Below, in pieces: positions 22,801-28,253 of a stretch of DNA of 64,000 nucleotides. The first letter of the stretch is position 1, and every line of letters begins with the position of its first letter. Source of the stretch: Cenarchaeum sp. (GTDB taxonomy: Archaea > Thermoproteota > Nitrososphaeria > Nitrososphaerales > Nitrosopumilaceae); NCBI GenBank assembly GCA_965242695.1, contig CBDESU010000001.1, forward strand, positions 896,001 to 960,000. Reading direction: 5' to 3'. A program made the position numbers and the translations under genes. The notes below the pieces were generated by a model. That model did not search any database, was not told the DNA's origin, and saw nothing but the letters and a program-made list of their open reading frames with translations.

Positions 22801-23169
22801 CAGGCGCTGCGCGAGGCGCGCGACACGGCCGTCATGCAGACAGCCGCCGGCTCTGCGTTCATGTCGGCGTTCAACACGGCATACTATGCCATATCGCCGC
22901 AGGTCGCCGATCTGGAGCGGGAGCATCCCATATTCAGGGATGCCGTCCGCGCCCTGATCGCCCCGATGCTCTACTCGGCGCAGATGCTCTCGCTCGCCGA
23001 GCCGGGATCGGAGGTTGATGTGCTCGCGTACGGCGCGGCGGCGATCGCCGCAATGGCCGCGCTGTACGTTACCGCGCCTACCGCAGCAGCTGCGGCCGCG
23101 GTCCGATTCGCCCCAGCGGCCGCGGTCCGATGGCGGCGCGGCGCAGGCATTCGGGCGGGCTGTCGGTAG
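7861..23169 (+). CDS. Giant (5102 aa) cell-surface repeat protein: signal peptide, ~28 Ig-like ~125-aa repeats, propeller-like domain, CFI-box-CTERM-type anchor
   Basis: Basic plus hydrophobic N-terminus ending PEAHA. I counted 28 LDL-x-x-G...FDE...DLxGN modules by eye. The C-terminus is CLVATAAYGTELAPQVQ plus TM and RRG tail. TTATAGATA lies at ~7740. The start could be GTG 7861 or ATG 7891. Confidence 0.92.
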   Translation: MARPSRPRLAMIGAAAASLAAIAAVAATAAVDGGGQGAILRDSPLLPEAHAHYVSYLNADGYIVGPRQVNIVFTTWLPNVDGLLDTPTISDHRSRGQAAYRGGGGTTHTITMSGPDMPTDATGSVQMHSGTIHFQAFGTHTHHVGNAFTIAIHDRQAPHIDTRVTPTLDLSEGTFKFRSTEPLRVSPGGTTAAHVGLAGLGSLTSADTVSFRGADVTIDLSTATHERLDRDVGRWPPSKTSTTMKFTTVGLREIPTSHDVTAHNHQGYDLNSGRWWLPITVVRDTVPPVLVGSPQLDFNTGVLTITLSEPATYVYMPYLFLEDRNGGSHQHVVGASYPSGLDSTVVPITLSASQLERLSAMYVATGGLRLDMHHGTVRDAAGNRNAHVGDRAIDVTPDRTKPVLDAGRAPSVDLSRQRMTVHFAEVMDVSRTDPSKILVSNQAGGSVRLSDGTVSGRDGRAVTVSFPPATKAEIADLGTPLFIVADADAFRDIQGNGNAHIPQGQDFRAPVPWLSPGSSGPVQASYTRDTSRPGIAWHSPALDLGTGLLTIRTTDVVYTDRIYARGFVLHLADSADAHRRTDLSLAGAGVASAGNYTGTMELKLTASQKAAAASASTDGAPSARITIGGWAYSDYPEGNHGWYASGAGAPVAVSADRTPPMLESDPVLNLDDGTVRLEFDEYIDASRISMSGVAVSVFANGSVLLPAGGSLLPEAEQADGTLVVLDMTDALEDAAYNAHGNGSTFTLEVPGSAFYDMSGNALAAVTNRNASATTGQAVLELASSVLDLGSGELALAFNRDISAPAPASLSDIVVAGASDGAGRTDMSGLPVSSMDSNVSISLTPGKKAALVAAHNMSGGLVMSIGPDVFADEHHHAFNGTANATLAVDVDDVPPKIVGSPRLDPFAGRLSIAFDEYIDMDRVDLGQIVLYGGGPPVSLSRATLDPLLEVNDGDELVVALEPLQVLQMHHARRASSDGVLRANITSSAVYDLSGNALEGITGEPVSVGRFEVGGGGSGTSPNQQGGAGPAFSASSPRLGAEPVGGASASFEKIPGWIGGLGPVGGDGDSPAPLYNNHEPQLPLKQIPSPIRLDLNTGVLVVELRETAFVNLSAVDLSGVVIHGNDVHVSLEGAFLDMTGATDLGYGLYASTVVVNLTAAQKAAAVEAGSGAELNIAYGAFSGFITDASITNRAIAITSDTTPPALLAGASSLDLGIGRLVLAFDEHIAAPSAVNPADFDILPAGGGDAAAARIHLDDARSISAYNGTVEVVLSDFQKALVVGARGGPSSATAGNASVSTMAVGAVRDVAGNALPALDALSVNTLADGAAPVLAAAPLLNLATGTVMLDFDEYVGAAAGIVPAQVSVTTQGGQSMSWQPQSLTTMENGTRLQFAFGDAQTAALRQANASATAPLSLGVAAEAGIADLSGNPFALAAANLTAVDDATPPALEPETLPVLDIGRGTITMRFTEHIKAGGIDISGMAVEDASGASRVHLAGAAVKPPVDPSSPYITEEDASLVITLTAAQKGAVAAAQAAAGPVRIDAPPSAITDTAGFWFAGMSNHPLDIVPDAVPPAVAGPPAPLPTLDMARGVLSVQFDESIDAGTADPSAFTLHSRPVGADSGAAPTAVLLGAATVLPAREGADATVLELELTAAQLAAVSGLAGSAGAPSVNLTMADGAVRDVSGNAFEASDVGPIAATEDDSSPMLAAEPVLDLDAGTVLVQFNEYVNASGIDLSRVSLVGLGAEAALVQLGAGGAGGSAQASAHGQYIESAGGSVRASASVLVQMTGEQKALAAHASVSEISIEEGAVDDLSANAFEGIDGALLAVIPDETAPALAGNGTYLDMGDGVLHAVFNEHVDPATIDPSYIALSISRASANGSAPSITSLAGAEPLRSSLYTADASIQLTTAQRAAVQDAINAAGDTTDAAAIEILVLPGGAASDLSGNGAARSAAPVQLRADGTAPVRQGAAVLNLADGTLTLSFDEYIDASSANASAIAIEDQADGQRTVLDGASLADISDSDRIVVLLTPAQRAAAQAANASANGPVRIDIAAAGPAFGDLAGNAFGGASNLNVSTTNDSADPELVGSPALDLNSAEATLTLRFDKRIPAGAADASGMYIQGADGTTGTTSLAGAAVSHRQVAGGGQGTDVVVRLTAAQKASVVESYRATDASAATLDISPSAVEDQWHNRFAGRAAEPLNVTADATPPVMIGAPVVDLGAGTVRISFDEYVRASSINASALSFLTGGTATTLAGAHTLTSVDGLSILLEMTADQKAAAEAEFNGAGYLTVTAGASLVSDIATNPFNPGVPAANATVHPDSKPPALLQAPPPSLDLGTGLLVLEFDEHVDVSEAKASAASIVLPPAPSSSGRTAPHPVGLSGASVASSSDGQRVEIELTAGQRGLLIAGGAASPGHAGAQLRLGQGFVLDLGENPTAAVQAVRIDVSPDGAAPSLDPEAPPTLDLGSGALRIAFTEQVDPAESDLARLSIAVSASADAPRVQLASAHVEPRDGGTTVLTLLLTRDEKGSLLASSQGGGGMLDEARLYVGTGAFSDLSGNAIAASEEAVSVSADTTRPLLDRSADPLYNSARSTIEFDFDEYVDAAAADPSKITVRSYASSPPVSIALDASSPVAPAEEGRTGSWHRIAVDLAGTPQADAVADAVAAAGAGGAGQLRIDVERGAFSDLSGNEFAWIGNHTLATADDALVPALVGPPSLDLGSGVLTLRFGEPVLAAPGVLQTSDILIGGPNGSDPIALDRSRVVAQDTGRTGASPLAEISLDAHDLARARALYLDSAGTMTITVPAADIRDRAYNEFAGLDRAHLDVVPDAAGPSLASAARPVLDMAAGILSVPFDEGIDAARIDPSGITLRLAGGGAAGTVLAGGHAYAAAGGGGSDIAPTAVVVELSHAQKAALAADAEAAEASSNADPRISIAAGSFYDVSGNAAPAVDLARLSVVPDDRPPAVDAAAAPVLDLGGRTLEIHFDEYVHAAASNLSLIDASVIDGSGDGDGRHRIPLDAARIEPSSSDDTDTVRILLTASHAAALATAVESSALIGFGDPALLVISDGAVADLSGNAIAGPAGGAGTTARLAVIPDGAPPALDPARPPVLDMSAGALTVWLDEHVDAGAADLSRLDLAAANGDSGDLIPTISLAGAAVAGPSLGSHGTDTVVVRLTHVQKAWAAAALAPDGAAITMAASAGALYDLSGNAMPATAAASPVRVAALADTAGPQLDGLPVLNLALGTLMFDLDEFADATQVAASGMSVEGADAANSTMLAGAAVSDVPHGADAGLPDTYSDRIIVAPTAAQNASIQAYAQPIRLADLPAGSLSDLAGNGIERLVQVPMVHTNDTSGPALESVKVDLRDGDVMLGFNEDIDAAGAVLSHMSLSPLGSDPSSYYLAGADLLLPPGGAQTDRMELRLSGALKASVALAYAASGSLAFAAPEGAVDDPFGNHAAMLNMTANVTVDNHPPMLLQSCPQAPVLDLGSGVLTLRFDEYVSTAGIDPSAISVRGIEGGAAPPEAVALAGSEVEAGTGALAAASGTYSDMVVVSLSPAKKAATVQSVGYDSLAARLDIGASASIADPSAVQLAAVQNAPLLVRPDHAPPHIVAGRTVLDLAAGTLVVALDEHVLPGRADASRITISGTATGAAAVRLAGATVSAAAGSSDTVTFKLTGAQAAAAAAATMMEPASGSGGNAPRHEASLRIDAGAFVDPSGNTFAGAADVRPAMTLPPVSVLGASVESPEAVLVRYTHNLTSSSAASDYSLTINGAQRAVSGVGGSGTASHTVGFGPAAASPDAAGVLDIGRLAGGIGSTLYEFSGAQDVPVSDGQGPSALSAFAVNASALTISFDEAVAGVDPSDFASVSPLGGGAPASAVSVAGSGASRLVVLDEEIFAAGAGGTIDGVPAGAYEDAAGNPGSAIDGLPVSAPSGSVRTEGTAPVYLAAGTLVRNVSGASPSIDLSGLGSSFPRTGDFVLSADGLATVTFAAGTMVSGLPAGAAPVVTVSAANRTVPDRSVIGAGQLVLVEVGSASADIVLDRPARIELAGAAGYAAFWMDAAGTVSLIDRVCTEDSLAAAEAQLGAGEECAIDAGGSKAIYTYHLSIFGAVAPPSTTPQAPGAGTCAPNPSDCLYVAATAATAAPASVGGFAATAGAPAAVSPYDGMLYAAGPATNRSLGESVYVLDPSRGHAVVDEIGLQTDPEHPARMRVLGIAPDMSSDSPLMRATAMRESSEPPVRELPMILVIDASDRTLARHGAILYTDQAGRTVESGVPALLAAAGGGASALDGLAYVGMQTMPSGVSAMRLDGGPVLLVNTTGESARVEPMYVPGGPEGVPAFPSPDAGGYYYPREGWQPTAMAADGQTLYMVGAAWQSGPAAEPSSNTFGLLTLSFASNGSAGGGDGGQEVTTPRYALAGAVELASLPDAEADNSSFTAAGMVLDPVRSRLYVQYGNGTIASYALGPAGDGQARLPSLLHVVGTAADPRGLALDAATGILYAAAGDSVLVYNASNSRRIATVEIGPGGAAGLSVSPVVPQGAGAAPVYAIPAVQGDPLRIISAIDGPPLVAAVSAQAGSYGTGSSVPISIAFTQEVVVSGGNPALALDVRRAADSPPAAALYQGGSGTRTLEFSYAVAAGDMSDDLMYAGTDALSLPAGASIAGAAGDMEDAVLALPAPGPMGGAGGAVRIDADDPAQAPPVVVVSTPAAAGPGGPAGFFGGSGSGGGGGGGSGGRTGLAVGAGPALEVSSVSWDCDRGLAWITLGGLPAGAPALPDVSILASSGTTAARVASAASGQATYEADLPEDEVFLVRAVAVDGREAASVSKTVRTGGQCAGEAVFGSGAGSAPPAAAPPSADAAAAGDESAVDPAGDAGMAEAEPPSGADAAADAAAGEDRGQAAPEPAPEPEPREEAEAAEAGADAVPAEQDEPQAQPGRDPAQPATAEPAPEDATAASDDGGGGCLVATAAYGTELAPQVQALREARDTAVMQTAAGSAFMSAFNTAYYAISPQVADLEREHPIFRDAVRALIAPMLYSAQMLSLAEPGSEVDVLAYGAAAIAAMAALYVTAPTAAAAAAVRFAPAAAVRWRRGAGIRAGCR

Positions 23170-23246
23170 GCATCTTGCCCGGGCGCAGGCACCAGGGGGT
23201 TTAGCGCCGGCCAGGGCCGGCTCTTGGCGGCTTCGAAAGGAATGCC

Positions 23247-23357
23247 CAGTAAAGTGCAGGTGTCTGCTTAGGATGCTGTGAACGGGCGCCCAAACAGGTC
23301 TCTTGGCGCCCAGAATGTCTGCCCACCTGCCTAGATGCGCCACACTTCACTTTACTG
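23247..23357. mobile_element. MITE (111 bp, non-autonomous), probably ISH3/IS4-like derived
   Basis: Perfect 10-bp terminal inverted repeats CAGTAAAGTG (23247-23256) and CACTTTACTG (23348-23357) extend imperfectly inward. There is an internal GGGCGCCCAA/TTGGCGCCC stem, and both sides carry a 5-bp direct repeat ATGCC (23242-23246, 23358-23362). Confidence 0.75.
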
Positions 23358-23533
23358 ATGCCCCCACTACTGTTCCTCCCCTTCCCACTGCGCCGACCCT
23401 CGGCTGGGAAAGACGGCGGGCAGGGCGCGATATGCGCATTCCCACCGCCCGTTTTACCCGTAATGCCGCCGCCGGATGCTCCTCCCGCCGGCCCGAGGCT
23501 AGGCTGCTCGATCGGGACTCGTACTACTATGTC

Positions 23534-23755
23534 ATGACCCGGGATCCGCGGTACGTCGACAAGCGGCCGAACATGGTGCGCAATGCAGCGCTCCTGGATG
23601 CCGAGTTTTCCGCCCGGTCCGAGAGATTCATGAACTACGGCTCGATCCTGCCTGCCATGAAGGAAAAGGGCATGCTCACAGGGTACAGGAGCGGGGCCGT
23701 CCTCAAGGCGCTGGCAAGGGATCGCGCAGATGAGAGCATCGACGACTATCTTTGA
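23534..23755 (+). CDS. Small hypothetical protein or 3' gene fragment (73 aa from ATG 23534)
   Basis: Protein-like composition (MTRDPRYVDKRPNMVRNAALLDAEF...SIDDYL). The upstream in-frame sequence (LLDRDSYYYV) also looks coding, so it may be 5'-truncated. No family recognised. Confidence 0.4.
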   Translation: MTRDPRYVDKRPNMVRNAALLDAEFSARSERFMNYGSILPAMKEKGMLTGYRSGAVLKALARDRADESIDDYL

Positions 23756-24237
23756 GGTCGCGACTGCGCGATACCTGCCGTGGATCCCGTTGCACGGATG
23801 CTCCATTGCCCACAGGCGGATATCTGCCGCTTTATCGGCATCGTGAGCCGCGCCGCGCGCGGCCGGCGCCTGGCATCGCAGTAGTGACCGGGAGATGTGC
23901 CTCGCCGGCTTGGCGGATGCCGCGCAAGCGTGTGGCATCCCCGCGGCGAGGCGGCGCGCCGTCGTGCCGATCCGCGCTCGGCCCGCTCGAACTCGTCGAG
24001 CTTTTTCCTGTACTCCTCGCGGAGGTGCCCGGCGCGGCATTCGGACAAGTTTCGTACATCTGGTTGCGCGCCCCGCGCCGTTTCGCGTTTTGTTTTTCGA
24101 GTTTCATGGTAGCGGGGGCGATTGCCGGAGTGCAATACGCACAACCACCCCCCCCAAGGCGGCCTTTAGGTCGTGGTCGTCCAGGCGGGACGGGATATGC
24201 ATCGGCTTGCCAACGCCGGCTAGCCGCCCGATCAAAA

Positions 24238-24804
24238 TCACCTAATTCCCAGGTCAAGATACATCGGCACCAGCCCTTCTTCGCGGTGTCCCTCCGTCTC
24301 CGTGCGCCCCTCTGCCTCGCGCAGGGGCCTATCAAGCCCAGAGTCTAGCTCTGACGGGAACCTAGCGAAGCCCATTTTTTCATAGAATCCCACCGCATCG
24401 TGATCCGAGTTGGCAAGGATTATGCGACATCCGGCATCCAAGGCCATCCGGCCTACAATTTCGATGGCGTGGGCGGTCATCTGCCTTCCTATTCCTTGCC
24501 GATCGTGCCGCTCGTCCGTGGCCAAGCGTGTAATTAGAAGGGCCGGCAAGTGCCCGTACGTGTCGATGCCCAAATCTGCTTGCCGCTCTTCGACCGCATG
24601 GCCGAGCGCCAGCATCATGTACCCGAGGATCTCCCCGTTGCGGATGGCCCAGTACATCTGCCCCATCCGCTGCTGCTGATCGTACGCCGTGTTGGCATCG
24701 AGGTATTCGGCAAACTCTGACTTTCTGCACCTAAAGTCGGCCGGGACTTCCCACAGGCCCGCCTTTACCACATCAAGTCCGCTACTGACCACGCGGAGCC
24801 ACAC
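24238..24804 (-). CDS. GNAT acetyltransferase, likely TacT/AtaT-type type II toxin
   Basis: Motifs DFRCRKSEFAEYL, ILGYMML, PALLITRLATDERHDRQGIGRQM (acetyl-CoA motif A) and AVGFYEKMGF. The likely GTG start at 24804 overlaps the upstream gene. Confidence 0.8.
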   Translation of the reverse strand: MWLRVVSSGLDVVKAGLWEVPADFRCRKSEFAEYLDANTAYDQQQRMGQMYWAIRNGEILGYMMLALGHAVEERQADLGIDTYGHLPALLITRLATDERHDRQGIGRQMTAHAIEIVGRMALDAGCRIILANSDHDAVGFYEKMGFARFPSELDSGLDRPLREAEGRTETEGHREEGLVPMYLDLGIR

Positions 24805-25051
24805 CCCCGGCTTTCTTTTTTGCCAGTGCCTCCGCCGCAAACTTCTCCCCCATGCGGCGAGCCACCTCGTCCGGGTCGAGGCGCCTCATGTTCTTCAACG
24901 TGCTCGTGTCGGGTAGGACGTTGATGGTGCGGGCAATCTCCTTGGCCCGCTCCACGGCCCGAACCTGTTCGGGGGTGGGGCCGCGCCGGATCGCGGCCAT
25001 GAACTCGGCCCACACTGCGGGAGGCAGCGGCGGTATTGCCGGTCGCACCAT
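24782..25051 (-). CDS. Putative antitoxin (89 aa), resembles the C-terminal half of DUF1778/TacA antitoxins
   Basis: LPPAVWAEFMAAIRRGPTPEQVRAVERA resembles the DUF1778 'LS..DW..F..AL..PP.P...L.RA' segment. It lies directly upstream of and overlaps the GNAT gene, with ATATAT ~25 nt upstream of ATG 25051. Confidence 0.6.
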   Translation of the reverse strand: MVRPAIPPLPPAVWAEFMAAIRRGPTPEQVRAVERAKEIARTINVLPDTSTLKNMRRLDPDEVARRMGEKFAAEALAKKKAGGVAPRGQ

Positions 25052-25088
25052 GCGACCGCCGTCGTCACGCTGGCATATATCGTTACCT

Positions 25089-25188
25089 ATCCGGCGCCCC
25101 GCGAGCTTCCAGGCGCCACGGTATACTCGTAGCGGGCACGCCGGCGCGATCGGCACACCATCCGGCGCCCCGCGAGCTTCCCGGCGCC
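25089..25188. repeat. Two 29-bp direct repeats (1 mismatch) separated by 42 bp, upstream of the TA promoter
   Basis: atccggcgccccgcgagcttcc(a/c)ggcgcc at 25089-25117 and 25160-25188. Confidence 0.8.
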
Positions 25189-25596
25189 CCGGCCCCTCGA
25201 TGCACTGCGCAGGAAGTTGTCCCGCGATCGTGCAGTACAACAGTCCGGCCGTAGATATTCACGGCTTTTGACAGCTCCCCCACGGCGGGCCGCGGGAGGA
25301 GGGCGCCGCGACGAGGGAGGCTTGGGCGGCAGCTGAAGGGCAGGCGCGCTTGCCGACGGGCCGGCCCCTGCGCGGCCCTACGACGCGGCGGCTCCGGACG
25401 AGGCCTCGATCGCAGGGAGCCGCCGCCGCGTCGTGGGCATGCCCGGCGCAGCCCATGGCGCCGCCCGCTTGGCGCCCTCGTCGCCGGCCACACCGACTAT
25501 ACCTGCGAGCCCCATTCGTGCCCCCTCCCGCGCCCTGCGCGCCCAAATCTGCCCCTTCTGCTCGGTTTATAACACCGCGGATGCGCCCGCCGCGCC

Positions 25597-27444
25597 GTGA
25601 AGCCGCCTGGCCTGGTGCACGACCGCAAGCTCCCAGACCCGGCGGCCCGCACGGACTGGTCGCGCGACGACGAGGCCGACAGCTTTGCCGAGACGGTAAA
25701 GCTGTTCCGGCAGGGGCGGTACGACGCGGACAGCTTTAGGCGGTTCCGCCTCCAGCACGGCGCGTACGGCACCAGAATGACGGGCGACTACGCCATGGTC
25801 CGCATAAAGGTGCCGGCCGGCGAGCTCTACCCCCGCCAGATGGAGCGGCTCGCCGACCTGTGCGAGTCGTACTCCATAGGCAGCGCGCACGTGTCTACGC
25901 GCGAGAGCGTGCAGCTCCACTGGGTCGTCCTAGAGGACGTCTCGGAGATCATGCGCGGGCTGGCCGGCGTCGGCATGACGTCGCGCGAGGCGTGCGGCAA
26001 CACGGTCCGCAACGTAATGTGCAGCCCGCTCTCGGGCGTGTGCCCCGCCGAGGCGTTCGACTCTACGCCGTACGCGCTCGCGACGGCGGCCTTCTTCCTG
26101 CGCAACCCGATGAACCAAAACCTCCCGCGCAAGTTCAAGTTCAACTTTACGTGCTGCGAGGAGCACGGCATGGCCCGCATGGTAGACGTCGGGCTCGTCC
26201 CGCAGGTCCGGCCGGCCGAGGAGGGGGGAGGCGGGCCGCGGCGCGGCTTCAAGGTCTTCCTCGGCGGCGGGCTGGGCAACAAGTCGTTCGTCGGCCACCA
26301 GCTAGAGGACTTTACCCCCGAGGAGAACCTGCTGCACACCTCGATGGCCGTACTGCGCATATTCGACCGCCTCGGCGACCGCAAGAACCTGGCGCGCAAC
26401 CGCATGCGCTACCTTGTAAACGAGATGGGGTGGGACGCGTTCCGCGAGCTCGTCCTCAGGGAGCGCGCCGTCGTGCGCGCGACCCAGCCGATCACGTCAA
26501 AGCTCGACCTGGACCTGTCGGACAGGCCCCTGCGCGAGCCGGGCGTGCGCGTGTCCGGCGGCGACGGCGCCGACCAGCCCCCTCCGGCGGGCCTAGAGAG
26601 GTGGAGGCGGACGAACACCGTCAGGCAGAGGCAGGACGGATACAGCTCGGCGTTCGTCACGCTAGAGGCCGGCGACATTGCGGCGGGCCAGCTGCGGGCG
26701 CTTGCGGCCGCCTGCCGCGACTTTTCGTGCGAGGGCATGGCGCGGCTCGGCTTTGCCCAGGACATCGTGATTCGCCACGTCAGGGACGAGGACCTCGGGG
26801 CGCTCTACGCCCGGCTGTCCGGCGCCGGCCTTGCAAAGTCGGGCGCCCTCACGATGGCCAGCCCCGTCGGCTGCTCGGGGACCACATCGTGCAACCTGGC
26901 CCTGACCAACTCGCACCGCCTCGCCAAGGAGGTGCAGCGCAAGTTCTTGGAGCTCGGCATGGACACGGACGGCGACCTGGCCGGCAGCACGATAAAGATC
27001 AGCGGCTGCCCAAACTCTTGCGGCCAGCACGGGATAGCGACGATCGGGTTCTACGGCGGCGGGTCAAAGGCGGACGGCCGCATGTACCCCGTGTACCAGA
27101 TGTCTGTCGGCGGCAGGCACGACGGCTCTACGATGCTCGGCGTCAACTGCATGAGGATACCGGCAAGGCGCGTCGTCGAGACCGTCCTGCGGATCATAGA
27201 GCTGTTTCGCGAGGAGAGGGGCGCGCCCGGGGGGGCTGCGGCGCCGGCGACCCTAAAGGAGTGGGCGCACGCCGTCGCGGCCGGCGCCGGCGCCGGCGCC
27301 GTGCGGTCCGTCGCCGACCTCAAGGCAAGGCTCGCGCCGCTCGCCGAGCCGCCGTCCTACGAGGACGACCCAGACTTCTACACCGACCACGGCGCCGACG
27401 CCGCATACCACGCAAGGACAGGCAAGGGTGAGTGCGCCGCTTGA
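25597..27444 (+). CDS. sir: Ferredoxin-dependent sulfite/nitrite reductase (siroheme, 4Fe-4S)
   Basis: Motifs FRLQHGAYG, MVRIKVPAGEL, STRESVQLH, CGNTVRNV, LPRKFK, C-SGTTS-CNLA and ISGCPNSCGQH. TATA box TTTATAA at 25566-25572. Confidence 0.92.
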   Translation: MKPPGLVHDRKLPDPAARTDWSRDDEADSFAETVKLFRQGRYDADSFRRFRLQHGAYGTRMTGDYAMVRIKVPAGELYPRQMERLADLCESYSIGSAHVSTRESVQLHWVVLEDVSEIMRGLAGVGMTSREACGNTVRNVMCSPLSGVCPAEAFDSTPYALATAAFFLRNPMNQNLPRKFKFNFTCCEEHGMARMVDVGLVPQVRPAEEGGGGPRRGFKVFLGGGLGNKSFVGHQLEDFTPEENLLHTSMAVLRIFDRLGDRKNLARNRMRYLVNEMGWDAFRELVLRERAVVRATQPITSKLDLDLSDRPLREPGVRVSGGDGADQPPPAGLERWRRTNTVRQRQDGYSSAFVTLEAGDIAAGQLRALAAACRDFSCEGMARLGFAQDIVIRHVRDEDLGALYARLSGAGLAKSGALTMASPVGCSGTTSCNLALTNSHRLAKEVQRKFLELGMDTDGDLAGSTIKISGCPNSCGQHGIATIGFYGGGSKADGRMYPVYQMSVGGRHDGSTMLGVNCMRIPARRVVETVLRIIELFREERGAPGGAAAPATLKEWAHAVAAGAGAGAVRSVADLKARLAPLAEPPSYEDDPDFYTDHGADAAYHARTGKGECAA

Positions 27445-28238
27445 GCGGCGTACTCGCCGGAGCCGACGAGGTCCGCTCAGAGGTCGGCGACGGGAGCATA
27501 AAGGTCATCGACGTGCGGCGCGCCGACGAGTACGCCGCCGGCCACGTGCCCGGCGCCGTCAGCATGCCGCTGTCGTCCCTGCTCGCCGACGACGGCGCCG
27601 CCTCGGCGGCGCGCCTGTTCGGATCCCTCGGCATCGGCGACGAGGACAGGGTCGCCGTGTACGACGACACGTTCGGCGCCCTTGCATCCCGGGTCGCCTG
27701 GACGCTAGAGTACATTGGGCACCGCGGCGGCGTCTCGCTGCTCGGCGTCACGTACGCAGGCTGGCGCTCCACGGGGCTCGACGTGCAGGAGGGCAGGGCC
27801 GATCATGCGGGGGCAAGGGCCGAGCACTCGGCCGTCCAGCGCGAGTCGATGGCGGCGACGGCCTCGTACGTGGAGGACGCGATCGGCCGCGGCGGGACCG
27901 TCCTGCTCGACAACCGCGAGCGCCTAAACTACCTAGAGCAGCACATACCCGGGGCCGTCAGCATGCCGTACCGCATGCTCGGCTCGACGGACGCGGTGCT
28001 AAAGCCGGCCGCCCTCCTGGGGCGGCTGTTCGAGAACCGCGGCGTCTCGCCCGGAAGCGAGGTCGTCACGTACTGCGGCAGCGTCGGCACGCTGTCCGGC
28101 CTTGCGTACTATGCCCTCAGGGAGGCTGGGATGGCGCCTGCCAGGCTGTACGTCCGCTCGTTCCGCGAGTGGAAAGAGCTGAAAAAGCCCGTCGAGCGGC
28201 AAGAGCACGCAAACTACTGGGACCTGTCGGCCGAGTAG
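27432..28238 (+). CDS. Rhodanese-family thiosulfate sulfurtransferase (two domains)
   Basis: VIDVRRADEYAAGHVPGAV, LLDNRERLNYLEQHIPGA and active-site loop YCGSVG. Overlaps the reductase stop codon. Confidence 0.9.
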   Translation: MRRLSGVLAGADEVRSEVGDGSIKVIDVRRADEYAAGHVPGAVSMPLSSLLADDGAASAARLFGSLGIGDEDRVAVYDDTFGALASRVAWTLEYIGHRGGVSLLGVTYAGWRSTGLDVQEGRADHAGARAEHSAVQRESMAATASYVEDAIGRGGTVLLDNRERLNYLEQHIPGAVSMPYRMLGSTDAVLKPAALLGRLFENRGVSPGSEVVTYCGSVGTLSGLAYYALREAGMAPARLYVRSFREWKELKKPVERQEHANYWDLSAE

Positions 28239-28253
28239 CGGCGCAGCCCGCCG

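Noticed and set aside
23746-24155. Possible small minus-strand gene (MKLEKQNAKRR... / HLREEYRKKLDEFERAE) near a C8 tract
   Set aside because: The protein-like stretches lie in different frames, and I found no recognisable family or clear promoter. It may be a decayed gene, but I cannot support that.
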